NCBI GenBank assembly: GCA_027449685.1
Contig: DAIDLC010000009.1
Coordinates: forward strand, 1,993 to 65,992
From: Ferrovaceae bacterium
Lineage (GTDB): Bacteria > Pseudomonadota > Gammaproteobacteria > Burkholderiales > Ferrovaceae
Reading direction: 5' to 3'
DNA: 64,000 nt
A program made the translations under genes and the position numbers. Positions 16,099 through 25,856 of this stretch are shown here, one piece after another (position 1 is the first letter of the stretch; every line of letters starts with the position of its first letter). A model generated the notes under the pieces. That model was given only the letters and a program-made list of their open reading frames with translations, was not told the DNA's origin and ran no database searches.

Positions 16099-18168
16099 AT
16101 GGAACAAGTAAATCGCCTTGAAATGGATTCCGAATGGAATCTGGCAATCTTGCGCAATGCCAGTGATGGCAATCATCTTCTGGATTGCGAAGGCCGCATA
16201 CTGGAAGTGAGTGAATCCTTTTGTACGCTGCTGGGGTGCTCTCGTGAAGAACTCATGGGAAAACACGTCTCCCAATGGTATGCCCTTTCCCCACACCCGC
16301 AAGCGATGCAGGAGGGCATGGGAAACCGGCTTGAGACCAATGATCGTTCTGCTTACGAAACCAAGTGCCGTCGCCAGGATGGCACAGTCATCGATATCGA
16401 AGTGTCCAGCATCCAGATCCATCTGGGTGGCAGGGCTGTTCTGCTGAATTCATCCCGAGACGTCACCAAACGCAAAGCGACAGAGCGTTCACTGAGACAG
16501 CAAATCGAGCTCACAGAGAGCGTGTTCAACGCCATCCCTGACTTGATGTTCGAACTCGACCTGAATGGTACCTACATCAATCTCTGGGCGCATGATCCAA
16601 TGCTGCTTGCAAGGCAGAAGGAAGCGTTACTGGGCAAGACCGTCGGGGAGGTACTACCTGAGCAAGCGGCAAAAGCCGTAATGTCGGCACTGTCTGAGGC
16701 CAACATCCAGGGAAAATCCAAAGGTCAGACGATCTGTCTGGACCTGGCTCACGGCAGGTGCTGGTTTGAGCTATCCACTTCGAAGATGTCCATGAGCCAG
16801 GACCAGAATCCCCACCTCATCATGCTGTCGCGCGAAATTACCGACCGCAAGCTGGCCGAGGAGAAGATCCAGCAACTGGCCTATTACGATCAATTGACGG
16901 GTCTTCCCAACCGGCGATTATTTCGCGATCGCCTGGAGCAGGATATGAAGCGCGTCATGCGCAATAAAACCTCCCTGGCGCTGCTGTATATCGATCTCGA
17001 CAAATTCAAGGAAGTGAACGACTCACTAGGGCATGACAAGGGAGATACTCTACTGATCGAAGTGTCCAAGCGAATCCGCCAGCATGTTAGAGACACAGAC
17101 ACGCTGGCACGATTGGGGGGGGATGAGTTTGTCATTCTTTTACCTGCGTTTCACGAAACCGGGAACATCAACCGGGTGGTTCAAGATGTGCTACAATCCC
17201 TCGAGAAACCCTTCTATCTGGGTGGCGGGAGTGTCGGGCATATTTCAGGAAGCATCGGCATTGCCCTGTATCCCCAAGACGCTGAAAGTGTCGATGATCT
17301 GTTGAGATACGCTGACCAAGCCATGTATGCTGCGAAGAATTCCAAGGCGAGCCGGTTTCACTATTTTACCCGCAGCATGCAGGAGGCAGCGCGTAACAGG
17401 ATGGCACTGACGGCCGATTTACGTCATGCCTTGGAGCAAAATCAGTTCGAGGTGTATTTTCAACCCATCGTGGACGCTCAAAGCGAGAAGATCGTCAAGG
17501 CCGAGGCATTGCTGCGTTGGCACCATCCTGTTCAAGGCACGATCAGCCCGACGCTCTTCATTCCACTGGCAGAGGAGTCAGGGCTCATTCTGACCATTGG
17601 TGAATGGGTATTCGAGGAAACTTTGAGAAACATTGCCAAATGGAAAAAACGTACCGGAAAGATCGTTCAGGTCAGCGTCAACACTTCTTCTTCCCAGTTC
17701 ATGCAGGCTGAAACACACCATTGGCATGACATTTACCTGCAATCAGGGTTACCTGAACATAGCATTACGGTAGAGATCACAGAGAGCTTGCTGTTACTGG
17801 ATTCCGACAGAGTCACCAATCAATTCCATTTTTTTAAAGAGCATGGCATCGAACTGTCCATCGATGATTTCGGGACGGGACTCTCGGCGCTTTCCTATTT
17901 ACACCGTTTCGACGTGGACTACCTCAAGATAGACAAATCATTTGTCCAAAACATGTTGACGGATGCATCCAGCACGGCGTTGACCCAAGCGGTGATCATC
18001 ATGGCCCACAAATTGCATATGAAAACGATTGCGGAAGGGGTGGAAACCGAGATCCAACGAGATCTGCTCAAGTCCTTTGGCTGCGACTATATGCAGGGCT
18101 TTTTCTATTCGAAGCCGCTACCGTCCGATGCTTTCGAAGCACTGATTGATGGCGGAATTTGCCCCTAG
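16099..18168 (+). CDS. PAS-PAS-GGDEF-EAL c-di-GMP signalling protein
   Basis: PAS modules are followed by RLGGDEFVILL, EALLRW and DDFGTGLSALSYL. 689 aa. Confidence 0.9.
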   Translation: MEQVNRLEMDSEWNLAILRNASDGNHLLDCEGRILEVSESFCTLLGCSREELMGKHVSQWYALSPHPQAMQEGMGNRLETNDRSAYETKCRRQDGTVIDIEVSSIQIHLGGRAVLLNSSRDVTKRKATERSLRQQIELTESVFNAIPDLMFELDLNGTYINLWAHDPMLLARQKEALLGKTVGEVLPEQAAKAVMSALSEANIQGKSKGQTICLDLAHGRCWFELSTSKMSMSQDQNPHLIMLSREITDRKLAEEKIQQLAYYDQLTGLPNRRLFRDRLEQDMKRVMRNKTSLALLYIDLDKFKEVNDSLGHDKGDTLLIEVSKRIRQHVRDTDTLARLGGDEFVILLPAFHETGNINRVVQDVLQSLEKPFYLGGGSVGHISGSIGIALYPQDAESVDDLLRYADQAMYAAKNSKASRFHYFTRSMQEAARNRMALTADLRHALEQNQFEVYFQPIVDAQSEKIVKAEALLRWHHPVQGTISPTLFIPLAEESGLILTIGEWVFEETLRNIAKWKKRTGKIVQVSVNTSSSQFMQAETHHWHDIYLQSGLPEHSITVEITESLLLLDSDRVTNQFHFFKEHGIELSIDDFGTGLSALSYLHRFDVDYLKIDKSFVQNMLTDASSTALTQAVIIMAHKLHMKTIAEGVETEIQRDLLKSFGCDYMQGFFYSKPLPSDAFEALIDGGICP

Positions 18169-18230
18169 GCTCTGACCGCTGAGGCCAATCCAACGCCAAT
18201 CTGGCCACCCATCTCTTCATAGGAAAAAAC

Positions 18231-18731
18231 ATGAGCGAAAAAATGTATCACGTCCTGTTCCTTTGCACCGGCAACTCGGCGCGCAGCATCATGGCCGAAG
18301 TGTTGCTCAACCATTTGGGCAAAGGTCGGTTTAGGGCCTACAGTGCAGGCAGTCATCCGGCGGGTATGGTGAACCCTTTTGCCATCGCGCAGTTAGAAAA
18401 GGCCCACTTGCCCACGGACGGGTTGCGCAGCAAGAGCTGGGATGAATTGGCCTTGCCCGGCAGCCCATCCATCGATTTTGTCTTCACGGTTTGCGACAAC
18501 GCCGCCGGTGAAGTGTGTCCGGTTTGGCCAGGACAGCCACTGACAGCCCATTGGGGCATCGCAGACCCCGCGGCCGTTCTGGGTACGGATCAGGAGAAGC
18601 GTCAAGCCTTCAGCCTGGCTTTCAACCAGCTTAGCCGAAGAATATCTATCTTCCTGAGTTTGCCGCTTGCCAAGATCGACAGGATGGCCCTGAAACATGA
18701 ACTTGATCGCATTGGCCATTGTGAAGAATGA
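18231..18731 (+). CDS. arsC: Arsenate reductase, thioredoxin-coupled LMW-PTP type
   Basis: P-loop LCTGNSARS plus the downstream cysteine pair VCDNAAGEVCP. No arsR or arsB is adjacent. Confidence 0.85.
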   Translation: MSEKMYHVLFLCTGNSARSIMAEVLLNHLGKGRFRAYSAGSHPAGMVNPFAIAQLEKAHLPTDGLRSKSWDELALPGSPSIDFVFTVCDNAAGEVCPVWPGQPLTAHWGIADPAAVLGTDQEKRQAFSLAFNQLSRRISIFLSLPLAKIDRMALKHELDRIGHCEE

Positions 18732-18736
18732 AGCCG

Positions 18737-20767
18737 TCAGCCCGCTGTCGATGGAAGTATTGGCGCAGGGTTGGAGGATGAGTCCTCGATTTTATTGATG
18801 AGGTCTTCTTCCGAGATGACATCCACCCCCCACTGCCGGGCTTTGACTGCCTTTTGACTAGTGGAGCCAGCCTCGGCCAATACCAGATAGTCCAGCCCCT
18901 GGTGGACGTTATCCACCAGTTCGTAACCGGCACGCTGCAGCGCCTGGGCATAATCGGATTTCTTTTTTCCACTGGGTAATCTACCGCTGATGCAAACGGT
19001 TTTGCGTGCCGGAGCATTTTCGCTGGCGTGTACATCCCGTTGTGGTGGCAGGATGTCCACACCGTTGGCCAGCATCTTGTCGATGACCGGTGCAATGGCG
19101 TCGATGCTGTCTTGAATGGCCGCTCCCATATGGGGGGCTCCGGCTTTTTCGGCGACGTCAGGGCTTCGTAGCTTTCCTGAGCGCCAATCCTCCAACGTAT
19201 CCAGCAATCCGTCGGCTTGATCCATCATGATCTCTACTCGGCGTTTGCCCAGATGTTCCAGCCCCAAAGAGCCCAGAAATTCACTCAAGGTGAGGCTGCG
19301 TTTGGCATCGATGGCCGCAAGGATGCTGGCAGCACGTTTCGCTCCCAACGTGAGACCACGCACCGGATGAGTCACGAGTTGTGCCATATCCACTGCCCTG
19401 TCTTGCAACGCATACAGATCGGCTGCATCCTCCAGTTCAAAGTGTTCCACCAGTGCCTCGAGAATCACGTCACCAATGCCCTGAATATCGAGGCTGGTAA
19501 TCCAGCGTTTGATTTTGCCAATGGATTTTTTGGGGCAATCCCGGTTTTGGCACACCAGGATTGCACCGTCACAACCCTCTGTAGTTTTGCGCCGCCCCAC
19601 ATGGCCCCCACAAAAAGGGCAGCGAGTGGGTGCCAGAATGGGCTGGCGCCGAGCAGGGCGCTGGGTGACGCGCACAATTTTGGGGATGATGTCATTGGCC
19701 TTGATGAGCCAGACCGTATCCCCAATGGCCAGATCCAATCGGTTGATTTCATCAAAATTGGTGAGAGAGGCGCTGCTGACCGTGGTGCCCCCAATCTCCA
19801 CGGGACGAAGTTGTGCCGTGGGGATCAGGGCCCCGGTGTGACCCCCACTGATGAGCACGCCCTCCACCACGGTTTCAATGCCTGCCGAATCGAATTTCCA
19901 CGCTACCTGACCTCTGGGTCGACCGGAAATGGAACCCAGGGCGTTTTGCAGGGACAGCTCTTCCATTTTCATGACGACCCCGTCGATCCAGAAGGGCAGG
20001 GTGTGGCGGGTGTCAGCAACCCGGTTGAAATAGGCTACGGCCTCCTCGGTAGTGGCACAATGCTGTTGAGGAATCAGATTGAAGCCAAGCGCCTCGAGGC
20101 GCTTGGCCTTGTCTGATTCGGTGCGGAAGGCGACCGGCAGACCGTCCTCCCGGCTTTCGTCAATATCAAAGGCAAATATGGTCAGTGCGTCACTCTGATG
20201 CCCGTTTTTGCGACCCATGATGCCACTGCCCACATTACGGGGGTTCTTGCTGCGGGCTGGATCGATGCGCGTCCATTCCGCCAGCGTCAGGATCACCTCA
20301 AAACGCACTGCACCGGTGAACCCCTTTTGCGCGTCACCGGCCCAGGCTGGCAGCCCCTGAAAACGCAGGGCATTGGCCGTGATGTCTTCGCCAATGGTGC
20401 CGTCGCCACGAGAAATGGCCTGGATCAAGCGACCATTCAGGTAATACGCCGCAGCGCTGGCTCCGTCTCCCTTGAGGCTGGCATGGATCCCCCCGGGGCC
20501 CGACTTCAGAGCCCATTGCCGGAATTCCGCCTCCGAGTTGACCTTGCTTTGACTGCCCATGGGCAGCCTATGTCGGGCCTTGGTCAGCATGGTATTGGGC
20601 GGTACCGGAGAACCGATCAGGGCCAACACAGGATCATCCGGGGCCAGTTGACGCAGCTCGTCCTCGAGAGCGTCGTATTCGGCATCACTCATGATGGGCG
20701 CTGCGCTGTAGTAATAAGCGTGCTTGGCCTTGAGAATCAGATCGCGCAGTTGGGCAATGGTGGACAT
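18737..20767 (-). CDS. ligA: NAD+-dependent DNA ligase (full LigA architecture, divergent adenylation region)
   Basis: It has a domain Ia (AYYYSAAPIMSDAEYDALEDELRQL), a KxDG motif that reads KGDG, and SRGDGTIGEDIT. A Cys4 zinc finger (CPFCGG...CQNRDCP), HhH region and C-terminal BRCT are present. Start taken at MSTIAQL (20767). Confidence 0.85.
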   Translation of the reverse strand: MSTIAQLRDLILKAKHAYYYSAAPIMSDAEYDALEDELRQLAPDDPVLALIGSPVPPNTMLTKARHRLPMGSQSKVNSEAEFRQWALKSGPGGIHASLKGDGASAAAYYLNGRLIQAISRGDGTIGEDITANALRFQGLPAWAGDAQKGFTGAVRFEVILTLAEWTRIDPARSKNPRNVGSGIMGRKNGHQSDALTIFAFDIDESREDGLPVAFRTESDKAKRLEALGFNLIPQQHCATTEEAVAYFNRVADTRHTLPFWIDGVVMKMEELSLQNALGSISGRPRGQVAWKFDSAGIETVVEGVLISGGHTGALIPTAQLRPVEIGGTTVSSASLTNFDEINRLDLAIGDTVWLIKANDIIPKIVRVTQRPARRQPILAPTRCPFCGGHVGRRKTTEGCDGAILVCQNRDCPKKSIGKIKRWITSLDIQGIGDVILEALVEHFELEDAADLYALQDRAVDMAQLVTHPVRGLTLGAKRAASILAAIDAKRSLTLSEFLGSLGLEHLGKRRVEIMMDQADGLLDTLEDWRSGKLRSPDVAEKAGAPHMGAAIQDSIDAIAPVIDKMLANGVDILPPQRDVHASENAPARKTVCISGRLPSGKKKSDYAQALQRAGYELVDNVHQGLDYLVLAEAGSTSQKAVKARQWGVDVISEEDLINKIEDSSSNPAPILPSTAG

Positions 20768-20879
20768 GTTATTTTGGCAGTGTGCAGCAAATGTCGTTGC
20801 CATTCATAAAAAGTTTGATTATAACTGTGCTGGCAAGACAGATATTCCAAAGGGTCATTCATTTTCAGAGGGTCTTTTC

Positions 20880-21182
20880 ATGATTTTTGTATTTCATTTG
20901 CTGGACCGCCCAGGGGCTGCCGAACTACGGCAGACAATCCGACCTGAACATCGGGCCTATCTGGGTGCCGTTGCTGAACGTATCGCTTTTGCAGGGCCGT
21001 TGATTGACGAGACGACTCATGCGATGGTGGGCAGTGTGTTGGCCATCGACTTCGAGTCTCGGGATGCAGCCATCCAGTGGCTGGGTTGCGAGCCCTATAC
21101 CAAGGCTGGCGTGTACGCCTCTACCAGTGTGCACGCTTTTCAGAACTTATGGCCTCAGCGCACGGGCTTCCCAGTACAATGA
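20880..21182 (+). CDS. YciI-like protein
   Basis: 100 aa. MIFVFHLLDRPG...RPEHRAYL...AFAGPL...EPYTKAGVY fits the YciI fold pattern. The upstream extension overlaps ligA. Confidence 0.7.
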   Translation: MIFVFHLLDRPGAAELRQTIRPEHRAYLGAVAERIAFAGPLIDETTHAMVGSVLAIDFESRDAAIQWLGCEPYTKAGVYASTSVHAFQNLWPQRTGFPVQ

Positions 21183-21246
21183 CGGAGCACGGTCGATCCA
21201 TGTCGGCCTGTAGCCTTTTGTTGGATTTTATGGATAAGGAGATTCC

Positions 21247-21837
21247 ATGAGCCATACACATGCATCCCATCATCTCAAACCCGTGACGGGACCCTTGACG
21301 CTGGCCAGTGCCGAACCCGCCCTGGGACAGGTGCTTGCTCCCACAGACCACGCACTACCCTTGATGACCGATTTCACGATCGTCCCGGCATTTGCCGTAG
21401 GGCCTTTGATGCAAATCGATCAGGTTTTGGCGCACATGAAAATTGCCGGCGTGCGCTTCATGTTCGTCAAAAATCTGGAAGATGCTTTGGTGGGCTATAT
21501 CACGGCCTACGATATATTAGGCGAAAAACCTATGCGCTATCTTCAGTCCATCGATTGTAACCGCGATACCTGCACCCGCACCGATGTGCTGGTGGAACAC
21601 ATCATGACGCCGGTGGGAGAGTGGGATGTGCTGGAGTACGGCTTTGTGGCCAAGGCCACCGTTGCTCAATTAACGCAAATTTTCAACGATACGGGCAAAC
21701 GCCACTTGATCGTGGTTCATCATCATCATGTGCGAGGCATCATTTCGGCCACCCGGTTGGAGCAGGCAACGCGCGTTCAATTGGGGACCATTGGCTCGGC
21801 CCGGAGCTTTCTGGACATTGGACGCGCGCTCATTTAG
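21247..21837 (+). CDS. CBS-pair domain protein
   Basis: Strong RBS AAGGAG. The CBS-like segments are MTDFTIVPAFAV...GVRFMFV and HIMTPV...RHLIVVHHHHVRGIIS. Confidence 0.75.
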   Translation: MSHTHASHHLKPVTGPLTLASAEPALGQVLAPTDHALPLMTDFTIVPAFAVGPLMQIDQVLAHMKIAGVRFMFVKNLEDALVGYITAYDILGEKPMRYLQSIDCNRDTCTRTDVLVEHIMTPVGEWDVLEYGFVAKATVAQLTQIFNDTGKRHLIVVHHHHVRGIISATRLEQATRVQLGTIGSARSFLDIGRALI

Positions 21838-21885
21838 GCTTGGCGGCCAGAATCATGTCACCCCTCAAAAAACACAGGAGCAAGA

Positions 21886-22605
21886 ATGAATAGTCAGTGG
21901 ATCGAATTGGTTACCTCCAAGGGCGAAACCTTTCAAGGATATCTCAGCCTGCCGCCCACAGGTAGTGGCCCGGGGATTGTGTTGATCCAGGAAATCTTTG
22001 GGGTGAACGCCCATATTCAGGCTGTGGCCGATCAATATGCGATGGATGGTTATGTCGTTCTGGCCCCCGATTTGTTCTGGCGTCAGGAGCCTCGCGTCAA
22101 CCTGGGATATGACGGGCAAGATTTCAATAAGGGGCTTGAATTGATGGCGCGTCTCAATCTGGAGGAGACCCTGTCTGATCTATTGGTGAGCGCTAACAGT
22201 TTGCGCCAGAGAAGCGAAGTCACGGGTCGAATTTCCAGCCTGGGCTACTGTATGGGGGGTAAATTATCCTATCTGGCAGCCACCCGGGGTCTCGTGGATG
22301 CGGCCATCTGTTATTACGGCGCGGGCATCGATGGCCTGCTGGATCACGCTGACGCCATCCATTGTCCGATTCTGTTCCACTTTGCCGAACAAGACGCCTA
22401 TATCTCTTCGCAGGCCATTGGTGCGGTCACGGAGGCGTTTGTGCAGAAGGCGGATGCCTGGATTCAAACCTATCCCGGCGTCAATCATGGCTTCAACTGC
22501 TGGGCTCGAGGGGCCTACAACCAACCAGCCGCAGCCCTGGCGCGGGGGCGCTCTCTGGAGTTTTTATCCTATTACCTGACCCCGGTGGTCAACCCCAAAG
22601 CGTAG
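21886..22605 (+). CDS. Dienelactone hydrolase family protein (carboxymethylenebutenolidase-like)
   Basis: GPGIVLIQEIFGVN, the nucleophile motif GYCMGG, and NHGF near the C-terminus. Confidence 0.85.
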   Translation: MNSQWIELVTSKGETFQGYLSLPPTGSGPGIVLIQEIFGVNAHIQAVADQYAMDGYVVLAPDLFWRQEPRVNLGYDGQDFNKGLELMARLNLEETLSDLLVSANSLRQRSEVTGRISSLGYCMGGKLSYLAATRGLVDAAICYYGAGIDGLLDHADAIHCPILFHFAEQDAYISSQAIGAVTEAFVQKADAWIQTYPGVNHGFNCWARGAYNQPAAALARGRSLEFLSYYLTPVVNPKA

Positions 22606-22642
22606 CAACCGGGAGGGCCGATCCAGTTGCGAGCGCTTGCCT

Positions 22643-23365
22643 TCAGCCTCCCAGATAGGCGGCCAGGACACCCGGGTGGTGCATCAATTCCTGGGCAGCA
22701 CCTTGCAGGGTGATGACCCCGGTTTCTAGAACGTACGCCTGGTCGGCCAGTTTCAAGGCTTGGCGTACGTTTTGTTCCACCAACAGGAGCGTCATGCCTT
22801 GCTGATGCAGATCGTGCACGATGGCAAAAATTTCCTGAATGATGCGTGGGGCCAGCCCCATGGAAGGCTCATCCAGCATGAGCAGGCGAGGCTTGGCCAA
22901 TAGGGCGCGGCCGATGGCCAGCTGTTGTTGTTCCCCGCCGGAAAGATTTCCGGCCAGCTGTCGGGAGCGTTTTTTCAGGATTGGAAAACGCTGGTAGATC
23001 TCCTGAAGATCCGTGCCTGATGGCTGGTGATACCCACCCAAACGTAAGTTATCCTCTACTGATAAAGTTTTTAAGATGGCGCGCCCTTCGGCCACCTGAA
23101 CCAGCCCTCCCTGTACGCGTCGATGGGTGGGCCAATGGGTTATATCTGCGCCACCAAAGCGGATCTGCCCCTGCTGCATGGGCACCAAACCGGACAGGGC
23201 CATCAACAAGGAACTTTTTCCCGCTCCATTGGCGCCTACCAGGGCAACCAGTTCGCCTTGACGGACCTGCAGGTCAACGCCCCTCAGCGCTTTGACATGT
23301 CCGTATTGCACAACCAGCTGGTGGATGCCCAGTAACTCCGGGTTGGTGAGGGTTTTATCCGGCAC
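22643..23365 (-). CDS. livF: Branched-chain amino acid ABC transporter, ATP-binding protein LivF
   Basis: Walker A GANGAGKSS, signature LSGGEQQ, Walker B LLMLDEP. The likely start is the GTG at 23365 overlapping the livG stop; the ORF track start is 23395. Confidence 0.85.
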   Translation of the reverse strand: MPDKTLTNPELLGIHQLVVQYGHVKALRGVDLQVRQGELVALVGANGAGKSSLLMALSGLVPMQQGQIRFGGADITHWPTHRRVQGGLVQVAEGRAILKTLSVEDNLRLGGYHQPSGTDLQEIYQRFPILKKRSRQLAGNLSGGEQQQLAIGRALLAKPRLLMLDEPSMGLAPRIIQEIFAIVHDLHQQGMTLLLVEQNVRQALKLADQAYVLETGVITLQGAAQELMHHPGVLAAYLGG

Positions 23366-24131
23366 GGGGGGTCTCTTCTCCCAAATAGGCTGCAATCACT
23401 GCCGGGTTTTCCTGGATGGCCTGGGGAGAACCTTGGGCAATGACACGGCCGAAGTCTAATACGGTCAAGGCATCGCACAACTCCATGACAAAGCGCATGT
23501 CATGTTCAATAAGAAGAACCGACAAGTGCTCGGCACGCAAGGATCGGATGAGTGCCTGGATGTCATTTTTTTCCGTGGGATTCATGCCTGCCACCGGCTC
23601 GTCCAGCAGGAGCAGTTGAGGTTGCATGGCCAAGGCCCGGGCAATCTCCAGTTTGCGCTGATTACCGTAGGATAACGTGCCAGCCAAAGAGCCGCTGTGC
23701 TGGGATAGCCCAACCCGATCCAGCAAGGCTGACGCCCGCTCGCGAGCTTGCAGTTCGGCCTGCCGGAATGGCTTGGAGCGCAGCAATACGTCCATAAAGC
23801 GATACGACAGGTGGCTATGCATGGCCACCATGACATTGTCGATCAGTGTCATTTCCGGGAATAACCGGATGTTCTGAAAAGTGCGTGCAATGCCCCGTTG
23901 CGCAATGTGTTGCGGGGGGATTCCCAGCAGACTGTCCCCTTTGAAGAGGATCTCTCCTTGGTTGGGTCGGTACAGACCGGTGATGAGATTGAACAGAGAG
24001 GTCTTGCCCGCTCCGTTGGGTCCGATCAGTCCCTCAATATGACCGGCATGCACGTTCAAGGAAACCTGATTCAGCGCCTTTACGCCTCCAAATTCCAACG
24101 TCAGTCCCGCCAGATTCAGCAATTCAGGCAC
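23355..24131 (-). CDS. livG: Branched-chain amino acid ABC transporter, ATP-binding protein LivG
   Basis: GPNGAGKTS, LSYGNQRKLEIARAL, LLLLDEPVAGM. Confidence 0.9.
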   Translation of the reverse strand: MPELLNLAGLTLEFGGVKALNQVSLNVHAGHIEGLIGPNGAGKTSLFNLITGLYRPNQGEILFKGDSLLGIPPQHIAQRGIARTFQNIRLFPEMTLIDNVMVAMHSHLSYRFMDVLLRSKPFRQAELQARERASALLDRVGLSQHSGSLAGTLSYGNQRKLEIARALAMQPQLLLLDEPVAGMNPTEKNDIQALIRSLRAEHLSVLLIEHDMRFVMELCDALTVLDFGRVIAQGSPQAIQENPAVIAAYLGEETPRAG

Positions 24132-24969
24132 GTTTAAACCATCCCCTGAACCGTTGGGAATCCCAAAGCCCTTGCGGTAAAAACAGGACCACCAGGATCA
24201 GGATCAAACCATTGGCGGCCATGCGATATTCCTGCAGATCGCGTAACACTTCCGGGAGCAGGGTAATGATGGCCCCTCCCAGCAGTGGCCCGGGAAGTCC
24301 TCTGATGCCGCCCAAAACGGCCATGGTCAGAATATCCACGGCATTTTCAAAACCAAAATTTCCCGGACTCAACGTAAAGGTGTAATGGGCGTTCAGTCCC
24401 CCTGCCAGGCCGGCAATCGATGCGCCCATCACAAAGGCCAGCAGTTTGAGCGGATGGGTGCTGATGCCCATTAGGCGCGCTGCGGTTTCATCTTCGCGAA
24501 TCGCCTCGAAGGCCCGGCCAATTCGGGAAACGCGCAGACATTGCAGCACAATGACGGTACTCAGAAGGGCTAGCAGGACTTGCCACCATTGGGTCAACAA
24601 GGGTATGCCATTGAGTCCCAGGGGGCCTCCCGTGATATCCAGGTTGAGCAGAATGATGCGCACCACTTCGCCAAACCCCAGAGTTGCCATGGCGAGATAC
24701 ACCCCCGACAGTCGCAGAACCGGTAGCCCGATGAGCAAGGCCACCAAGGTACTGCCGAGCGTTCCCAGCAGTAACGCTGGGTAGAAGGGTAGTTCGAAGG
24801 TTGTGGTGGCAATGGCGCTTACATAGGCGCCGATTCCCATGAAAGCCGCATTGGCAAGGGCGAGCAACCCACAGGAGAGCGTCAGGGAGATGGATAAGGC
24901 CATCATGCCGTACACCCCCACACTCAATACCAGCGTACTGTAGGTGGCCCACCAGTCAACCCAATTCAT
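24124..24969 (-). CDS. livM: Branched-chain amino acid ABC transporter permease LivM
   Basis: Polytopic membrane protein. Start MNWVDWW forms a TGATG overlap with the livH stop. Confidence 0.85.
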   Translation of the reverse strand: MNWVDWWATYSTLVLSVGVYGMMALSISLTLSCGLLALANAAFMGIGAYVSAIATTTFELPFYPALLLGTLGSTLVALLIGLPVLRLSGVYLAMATLGFGEVVRIILLNLDITGGPLGLNGIPLLTQWWQVLLALLSTVIVLQCLRVSRIGRAFEAIREDETAARLMGISTHPLKLLAFVMGASIAGLAGGLNAHYTFTLSPGNFGFENAVDILTMAVLGGIRGLPGPLLGGAIITLLPEVLRDLQEYRMAANGLILILVVLFLPQGLWDSQRFRGWFKRA

Positions 24970-25856
24970 CAGGCGCTCCGCACATGGGTGGCTCCAAAAA
25001 GACCTTGCGGGCGCCACAATAGAACCAGAAAGAGCAGCCCAAAGGAGAATGCATCACGATACTCGCTGGATAAGTAGGTGACAGCCAATACTTCGGCAAA
25101 TCCCAAAAACAGCCCGCCCAGGACAGCGCCCCGCATATCTCCCAAACCACCCAGAATAATGGCGGCAATCCCCTTATGTAGCATGGGTTGACCCATGAAA
25201 GGTGAAATGGCGTTGAAGGACAAGCCAACCAATATGCCAGCGATCCCTCCCAGGATCGCAGCCAGGAAGCTGGTGAGATGAAACAGGCGTTCCACAGGAA
25301 TGCCTAACAAGGCGGCCGCACGGGGCGACTCTGCAATGGCCTGAAGGGCGATCCCAAGTCGGGTTTTTTTCAGGAGCCATCCCATGACGATCATGGTACC
25401 GAAGGCAATGAGAATGATGACCACCTGGGCATAGGGCAGTGTGAGCGAACCCAGTGTCAAGGACGCATTATCAAAAAATGACAGGGGAAAATGACGCGAC
25501 TCTGCACCAAACAGACCTTGTGCCAGGCTGGTCATAAGAATGGTGGTCCCGATGGTTGCAATCATGGGCATGAGGTGGGGGGCCTGCTGGCGCCTTAAGC
25601 GTTTAAGTATGAGCAGATCGATGAGCAGGCCAATGAGCCCTGTAACCAGGATGGCCGTTGGTAGAGCAATCCAGGCTGGCCAATGGGCTTCAAGAAAAAA
25701 CAGCGCGGCATAGGCACCCAACATGAACAACCCCCCATGGGACAGGTTGATGACCCCTAGAATGCCAAAAACTAGCGTGAAACCCAATGCAAACAAGGCG
25801 TAGATGCTGCCCAGGCTGAGGGCATTGAGGAGTTGCTGGGCCAGCATGGTGGCCAT
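24969..25856 (-). CDS. livH: Branched-chain amino acid ABC transporter permease LivH
   Basis: MATMLAQQLLNALSLGSIYALFALGFTLVFG is a typical LivH N-terminus. Confidence 0.9.
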   Translation of the reverse strand: MATMLAQQLLNALSLGSIYALFALGFTLVFGILGVINLSHGGLFMLGAYAALFFLEAHWPAWIALPTAILVTGLIGLLIDLLILKRLRRQQAPHLMPMIATIGTTILMTSLAQGLFGAESRHFPLSFFDNASLTLGSLTLPYAQVVIILIAFGTMIVMGWLLKKTRLGIALQAIAESPRAAALLGIPVERLFHLTSFLAAILGGIAGILVGLSFNAISPFMGQPMLHKGIAAIILGGLGDMRGAVLGGLFLGFAEVLAVTYLSSEYRDAFSFGLLFLVLLWRPQGLFGATHVRSA

